Below are positions 58,483-64,000 of a stretch of 64,000 nucleotides of DNA, piece after piece (the stretch's first letter is position 1; each line of letters starts with the position of its first letter). Position numbers and translations under genes: made by a program. The stretch covers positions 96,001 to 160,000 of the forward strand of contig JBFWNU010000001.1 of the NCBI GenBank assembly GCA_050250895.1. Reading direction: 5' to 3'. The notes beneath the pieces are model-generated. The model had not been told where the DNA came from, did no database searches, and saw nothing but the letters and a program-made list of their open reading frames with translations. This DNA comes from Vulcanimicrobiota bacterium. GTDB taxonomy: Bacteria > Vulcanimicrobiota > Xenobia > Xenobiales > JADMJV01.

Positions 58483-59843
58483 TCGCAGTAAGGGTCGGCC
58501 AGAGACAGCGCGTCGTCGAGCATCTCCATGCCTTCGGCCAGCTCCTCGTCGGTGATGCACAGGGGCGGCACGGCGAAGACCCAGTTCCAACGCACGAAGG
58601 TGTTGAAGCCGAGGTCCTTGAGGCGGGCGGCCACTTTCGCCATGGGCTCGGTGAGGGGCTTGTTCCAGCCGCACATCGGCTCGCGGGTCTCGCGGTTCTT
58701 GACCAGTTCGAGCACTTTGAACAGGCCGACACCGCGGACGTCGCCCACGCACGGATGCTTGGCCTGCAGCTTCTCGAGTTCCGAGCGCAGCTTGTGACCC
58801 ATCTGCGCGGCTCGCTCGATGAGGTTTTCTTCTTGGTAGACCTTGATACACGCGGCGGCGGCGGCGCAGCCGATGGGGTGCGCGCTGTAGGTGAGTCCGC
58901 ACCAGAGCGCGTTGGTATCGAAGTAGGCGCCGATCTCTTCCGAGACCACGGCGGCCCCGAGGGGGACATAACCGCAGGTGAGTCCTTTGGCGCATACCAT
59001 GATGTCGGGCTCGACGTCGTAATGGTCGATGCCGAACCATTTGCCGGTGCGTCCGAAGCCCGACATGACCTCGTCGACGATCAACTTGATGCCGTACTGA
59101 TCGCAGAGTCGGCGAATGCCCTGCCAGTAGGTCTTGGAATGAGGTGCGATGATGCCGCTCGAGCCGCTGTAGCCTTCGAGCAAGATGGCGGCTACATTGT
59201 CGGGGCCTTCCATCTGGATCTGTTCCTCGATGAGGTCGATCAGGGCCTGATCCCCCTCTTCGGGACTGCAATGGCGATAGAGCGGGCTACGATAGGAATA
59301 GGGGTCTAGCATGCGCACGATCCAGGGCACGCCTGGCTCGTTGGCTAGACGGCGGGGGTCGCCGCCAGCGGTCATGGCTCCGAAAGTAGCGCCGTGATAG
59401 CTGCGGTAGCGAGTAAAGACCTTTTGGCGGCCGGTGACCATGCGGGCGATTTTCATGGCGTTCTCGATGGCGTCAGCGCCGCCGAGGGTAAAGAACGATT
59501 TCTTGAGCTTGCCGGGGGTGACTTCAGCCAGCAACTGGGCGGCCTCGCCACGAGCTTTGCTGGCCAGGCCGGGATAGACAAAGGCGAGTTCGGCGGCCTG
59601 CTTTTGAATGGCTTCGATGACCTTGGGGTGACCATGTCCGATGTTGACGTTCATCAGCTGGGACGAAAAGTCGATGTAGCGCTTATCGTCCATATCCCAG
59701 AAATAGACGCCCTTGGCCCGGGCGATCGGAGCGGGTGTGATGGCCCCCTGGACAGACCAGGAGAAAAGCGAATACTCCTTATTCTGATCGATGACTTTCT
59801 GAGCTTCGGCCGAGTAGCCTTGAACACTGGTTGACGCGGACAT
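58479..59843 (-). CDS. Class III aminotransferase
   Basis: SYHG.T, LIVDEVMSGFGRTG, AKGLT.GY.PLG, TYSAHP; GGAGG RBS. Confidence 0.95.
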   Translation of the reverse strand: MSASTSVQGYSAEAQKVIDQNKEYSLFSWSVQGAITPAPIARAKGVYFWDMDDKRYIDFSSQLMNVNIGHGHPKVIEAIQKQAAELAFVYPGLASKARGEAAQLLAEVTPGKLKKSFFTLGGADAIENAMKIARMVTGRQKVFTRYRSYHGATFGAMTAGGDPRRLANEPGVPWIVRMLDPYSYRSPLYRHCSPEEGDQALIDLIEEQIQMEGPDNVAAILLEGYSGSSGIIAPHSKTYWQGIRRLCDQYGIKLIVDEVMSGFGRTGKWFGIDHYDVEPDIMVCAKGLTCGYVPLGAAVVSEEIGAYFDTNALWCGLTYSAHPIGCAAAAACIKVYQEENLIERAAQMGHKLRSELEKLQAKHPCVGDVRGVGLFKVLELVKNRETREPMCGWNKPLTEPMAKVAARLKDLGFNTFVRWNWVFAVPPLCITDEELAEGMEMLDDALSLADPYCE

Positions 59844-59947
59844 AGTACCTCCCTTTTTGCCCTGCAACATTCTCACTTGTGCGACCGGGGCCCTCCCCGA
59901 ACACCTGAGCGGAAGGGAGTTTGCGCCTCGGCACAAATAGCCGGCCG

Positions 59948-60658
59948 ATGTTGCGCAACAAGATTCAGGCTATCGAATCCGACGACCCCCAGTACTCTCA
60001 CCTCAGTCTCGAAGAGCGGCGCCGCCGGCTGCGGGTGCGATGCTATGTCAAGGTCGACCTGGGCGAGCTGGGTCGGGGCATCGTCACCGACCTCAGCATG
60101 GAGGGGGTGCGCATCAAGTTGGCCCAACCTTTGAGCGAGGGTGACGAGGTCTTGATTCGCTACACCGAGTCCAGTCAGGGAGACGTGCGTTGTCGCGCCG
60201 TCTGGACCCGCCAGGAGCGCGACCAAACGGTGGCCGGCCTGACCTACCATGATAGCGGCGAGAATATGCGTCGTTCCTGGGTGAAGTATGTGCTCGAGGG
60301 CCTGGGCTTCGACGAGACCAAGACTTTTCAGCGCCGCAAGCATATTCGCGCCGAAGCCTCGATTCCGGCCCGAGTCTTGAGCGAGCCCAGCCAGAAAGGG
60401 CGGGTCGTCAACGTCGGCATGGGGGGTGCTCTGCTCGAGACCGAATCGCCACTGGTGCCCGAAGAGCGCATCCAGCTCGAGGTCTGTCAGTGGCGTATCT
60501 TGCCGGCCCTGCGAGTCGAGGCCGGCGTGCTGCAGACCCGCCAGGAGAAGTCGGGCGGCCCCTATCTGAGCAGCCTGCTGTTTCTAGAGATGGAGCCGGA
60601 TCAGGTCAAGTTGCTGGGCAACTACGTCATCCATCTCATCAATCAGACCGAGGTGTAG
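59948..60658 (+). CDS. Tandem PilZ-domain protein
   Basis: Two RxxxR ... D/NxSxxG-like motifs (ERRRRLR..DLSMEG; QRRKHIR..NVGMGG). Confidence 0.85.
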   Translation: MLRNKIQAIESDDPQYSHLSLEERRRRLRVRCYVKVDLGELGRGIVTDLSMEGVRIKLAQPLSEGDEVLIRYTESSQGDVRCRAVWTRQERDQTVAGLTYHDSGENMRRSWVKYVLEGLGFDETKTFQRRKHIRAEASIPARVLSEPSQKGRVVNVGMGGALLETESPLVPEERIQLEVCQWRILPALRVEAGVLQTRQEKSGGPYLSSLLFLEMEPDQVKLLGNYVIHLINQTEV

Positions 60659-61659
60659 GCGACCAGGCGCTCGAGCACCCCGGCGGCGGCCCCTGAGGCC
60701 AGCGCCTGGCGGGCCAGGGCCAATCCGGCCGTGAAATCCTCGGCTAAATCCGCGGCCACGAGAGCGGCGGCCGCATTGAGCGCCACGGTGTCGGCCCGGG
60801 GACCGGCTTCACCGGCCAGAATGGCTCGGGCGATGGTCGCGTTCTCGGCCGGTCCGCCTCCGGCCAGCGCCTCGAGGGGAGCCAGCTCGAGGGCGAGTTC
60901 GGCGGGATGGAGTTCGAACTCCTGAATGGCTCCCTGACGCAGGCGGGCCACCCGCGAAGGCCCCGAGGGAGAAAACTCGTCAAGACCACCGTGCCCGTGC
61001 ACCACCAAGCAGCTTTTGATGCCCAGACGCTGAGCCAGCTCGGCCACCGGACGCACCCACTCGGGGCTGAAGACTCCGATCACCTGGGCTTCGGCCCCGG
61101 CCGGGTTAGACAAAGGACCGAGCAAATTGAAGACGGTACGAATGCCCAGGCTGCGGCGAACGACGGCCACATGGCGCATGGCCGGATGAAAATGAGGGGC
61201 GAAGAGAAATCCGAAACCCACCTCGTCAACGCAGCTGGCCACCCGAAGGGGATCAGAGACCAGACCAACCCCCAACGCCTCGAGCAGGTCGGCGCTACCG
61301 CACTTTGACGATACCGAGCGATTGCCGTGCTTGGCCACCACCCCACCGGCGGCGGCCACCACCAGGGCGGCCACGGTCGAGATGTTGAAGGTCGAAGCTC
61401 CGTCGCCCCCGGTGCCGCAGGTGTCGACCAGCGGGCGGCGCCTTACCTGCAGGGCCACCTGGTGCCCACGCAGGGCCAGGGCTGCCCCTTCCAACTCGTC
61501 GACGGTCTCGCCCTTGACTCGCAGTCCCATGAGAAAGGCACCGACCAACCCTGGCTCGGCGCCGCCGGCCATGATCTCTTCGACGGCCTGACGACTGGCC
61601 TCGGTGGTCAGGTTACAACCCAGAGAGAGCGACCGCACGGCCTCTTGCAGAAAGGACAC
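60643..61659 (-). CDS. trpD: Anthranilate phosphoribosyltransferase
   Basis: DTCGTGGDG..TFNIST, KHGNRSVSSKCGSAD, RTVFNLLGPL.NP. Confidence 0.97.
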   Translation of the reverse strand: MSFLQEAVRSLSLGCNLTTEASRQAVEEIMAGGAEPGLVGAFLMGLRVKGETVDELEGAALALRGHQVALQVRRRPLVDTCGTGGDGASTFNISTVAALVVAAAGGVVAKHGNRSVSSKCGSADLLEALGVGLVSDPLRVASCVDEVGFGFLFAPHFHPAMRHVAVVRRSLGIRTVFNLLGPLSNPAGAEAQVIGVFSPEWVRPVAELAQRLGIKSCLVVHGHGGLDEFSPSGPSRVARLRQGAIQEFELHPAELALELAPLEALAGGGPAENATIARAILAGEAGPRADTVALNAAAALVAADLAEDFTAGLALARQALASGAAAGVLERLVAYTSV

Positions 61660-61756
61660 GCCTGGCCTTTCTCGTCGGGTCGGGCCGGGCCCTCCGACGG
61701 GTCGTTTACAGCTGGGCAACATCTCGGGGAATGCCGTTCAGTATGGTCGTTCTGTT

Positions 61757-62326
61757 GTGAAGTGGACTCAATCCTCATTGGCTATGCCCCGGTCGACTAC
61801 CGTGCTCGGAGTGGTCGGCGCCACCCGCCTGCTGGCCAGCGCGGGCCTTCCTGACGGGGGACGACTCATCGACCTCGAGATCGGCGGCAAGCAGGCCCGC
61901 GTAGCCGCCGCCCCCTCCTCTGACGGTTGCCTGCATCTGCGCGGTCACGGCCTCGACGTCAAGGTCGACGGCGATCACCTCAGCGGCTATTGCCCGGCCG
62001 GGCGGCTCAAGCTCGAGGTGCTGCGCCAGGGGGACCACACCACCGTCTCGGGCACGGTGGGCGGCGAACCTGTGCGCCTTTCCACCACCCGCTATGGCGA
62101 CGAGGTGTCGATCAGCGGGTCGGTGGGTAACCGCAACGTCTTTCTCACCCAACACCGACAGATCGACGGCCACCTGATCACGGGCTACGCCGGCTCGCAA
62201 GCCATGCATCTGCGCGAACGCGAGATCCCGGGCCAGGGCCCGAGTCTCGACCCGGTCACCTATCTGGCCGCGATTTTGCCGCCGGCCGACAGCAGCCAGG
62301 CGAGCCGAATCAACTACCTGGTTTAG
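61757..62326 (+). CDS. Hypothetical protein (start uncertain)
   Basis: ORF with repeated beta-strand-like SG.VG units. Confidence 0.55.
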   Translation: MKWTQSSLAMPRSTTVLGVVGATRLLASAGLPDGGRLIDLEIGGKQARVAAAPSSDGCLHLRGHGLDVKVDGDHLSGYCPAGRLKLEVLRQGDHTTVSGTVGGEPVRLSTTRYGDEVSISGSVGNRNVFLTQHRQIDGHLITGYAGSQAMHLREREIPGQGPSLDPVTYLAAILPPADSSQASRINYLV

Positions 62327-62368
62327 CGTTCGGCGACTGGAAATACCAACGCGCCTGAGGAGGCGCAG

Positions 62369-64000
62369 CTAAGCGCCCCGGGCCTCGCCTAGATGCTCCA
62401 TGGTCTCGGCGTAGGTGGTCTGCTGGCTCTCTTGCACACCCAGCTGGCTGCTGAGTTGGCTCGAGAGATCTTCGAACTGAGCGATCCGCTCTTGAGTGAC
62501 CTTCTTGGTCCAGGGCAGCTTGGTGAAGATCTGGGGCTCGACGGCGTGCCAGCTGTCGGTGGGTGCCTCGCCCGGCCGATTGGCCGTGATGGTATCCAGA
62601 CTCATCACGAATTGGGGAATGACCGAGCCCAGCAGAGGCGGGAACTTAGGCGTGAGCAAGAACAGCTCGCGAATCACATTCTTATGAGCCACGGTGGCCA
62701 GGGGGTCCTTACCGGTGATGGTCTGGGCCAGACTGACGGCCTTGTCGTCGCTGTCGGGCCCCATCATTTGAGCTCGTTGGGCCTGCCACGCGGCCGGGTC
62801 GTCGAACTCGGCCCCTTTCACGCGGGCCCGCAACTCTGACCCCGGCTCGACCGGAATCTTGGCTTCGACCTCGATGTCCTTGAGCTTGCCGTTGTCGGTG
62901 CGGGTTCGGGCCCGCAGCTCGGCGCGAGCGTCGAGCAGCTTATGGTCGGCAGTGTCGAGATACTCGGTGTCGAGGGTGATGGTCTTGTAATGCTTGACCT
63001 TGTAGCTGCGCATCTTGCCGGTAGCATCGGCCAAAGTCAGCGTCTTGCCTTCGAGCCCCCGCACCGAATCGGCCCCGGCGGCATCGATCACGAAGTGTTT
63101 CTGGTAGTCCTTCTTGGCTTTAGGCTTGGGCGGATCGACCGGTTCAGCCACCACTTCTACACCGGGGAAGACCGATTCGAGATAACGAGCCGCGGCGTGG
63201 GTTTGCTCGGCGCTGGGGCGATAGGTGCCGGAGTTGTTGTTGATGTGGACGCGAATACCCTTGCTGCCGTCGTCTTTGGTGTACGTCTCGGCCCACATCT
63301 CGCCGGCCATGCGCACATCGTCGCTATAGTTGCTCAGCATCAAATGCTTGGACAAGACCCAGTCGGGCACTTTCTTGTCGACGTCGATGCGGGTCACCGA
63401 GATGCGATTTTCTGCCTTGTTGCCGGTGATGATGAAGTTGAAGACGGCCGGCTTGCCCTCTTCACCCACCTGCAGCATGCGGGCCAGTTCGTTGGGCGTG
63501 TAGGCGCCGGTCTCGTCGAAGGTGGCTCCCAGGGCCCCGCGCATGGCGTTGACGGCGGGCTTGGAAAAGGCCAGGCTCTTGAGCTTGTCGACCATACCCA
63601 TCTTCTCGTCTTTGCTATATTTGTCGGCCAGCGTTTTCGGCAGGAAGTCATCGACATTCGTCTGCTTGGGATTAGGCAAAGCCTCGAAGAGCACATGGGC
63701 GCCCCAATAGCGACGAATGGCGGCGGCCAGCAAGCCGGGGCGAGAGTTGCGCAAGCGCACGGGCGGGCCGTCTTCACTCTGGCTGAGTTTAGGCGCCTGC
63801 CGGGCTGCCTTCTCGGTCTCGCGAACCTTCTTGGCCAGGTCCTTGATGTCGCCGGGGGCCTCGTCTTTGCCCAGCATCTTCTCGATGGTGCGCACCGGGC
63901 TCGAAAGTTCTTTCATGATGACGCTGGCGAAGTGGTCTTCGATCGTCGTATCGGTGGTATTGATGAGGTCGAATTCGACCTTCTTGCCCTGATACTCGAG
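62369..64000 (-). CDS. Multidomain hypothetical protein (5' partial) with C-terminal CYTH-like domain
   Basis: Frame open to the window edge; TEYLDT.D..L......LR.R...E.K is CYTH-like; middle KH...AGE...NNNSGTYRP motif. Confidence 0.75.
   Translation of the reverse strand, partial: LEYQGKKVEFDLINTTDTTIEDHFASVIMKELSSPVRTIEKMLGKDEAPGDIKDLAKKVRETEKAARQAPKLSQSEDGPPVRLRNSRPGLLAAAIRRYWGAHVLFEALPNPKQTNVDDFLPKTLADKYSKDEKMGMVDKLKSLAFSKPAVNAMRGALGATFDETGAYTPNELARMLQVGEEGKPAVFNFIITGNKAENRISVTRIDVDKKVPDWVLSKHLMLSNYSDDVRMAGEMWAETYTKDDGSKGIRVHINNNSGTYRPSAEQTHAAARYLESVFPGVEVVAEPVDPPKPKAKKDYQKHFVIDAAGADSVRGLEGKTLTLADATGKMRSYKVKHYKTITLDTEYLDTADHKLLDARAELRARTRTDNGKLKDIEVEAKIPVEPGSELRARVKGAEFDDPAAWQAQRAQMMGPDSDDKAVSLAQTITGKDPLATVAHKNVIRELFLLTPKFPPLLGSVIPQFVMSLDTITANRPGEAPTDSWHAVEPQIFTKLPWTKKVTQERIAQFEDLSSQLSSQLGVQESQQTTYAETMEHLGEARGA

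Overview
GC-rich bacterial chromosomal window, mostly ordinary: ftsH (partial), hemW, hpt, a stand-alone rplJL operon with an L10 leader, trxA, signalling genes, a partial flagellar operon (fliI-fliK-flgD-flgE-motA-motB-fliP), a type IV pilin/PilC cluster, rapZ-yvcK, an M16 protease, ycaQ, thpR-recA-recX and trpD. Three things stand out. (1) A ~1.15 kb region at ~18854-20007 has no credible protein. It lies between a near-consensus sigma70 promoter and a strong intrinsic terminator and is tiled with short helices, GNRA tetraloops, G-U pairs and a recurring internal module. It is a candidate very large structured ncRNA that I cannot assign to a known class. (2) An FGE/SUMF1-family lipoprotein gene has an in-frame UGA upstream of its conserved GFR motif, followed by a SECIS-like hairpin, so it is a candidate selenoprotein. 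(3) Several intergenic tandem arrays are built from GNA-triloop hairpins, and two of them show compensatory base changes. All calls come from reading the sequence by eye; no searches were run.
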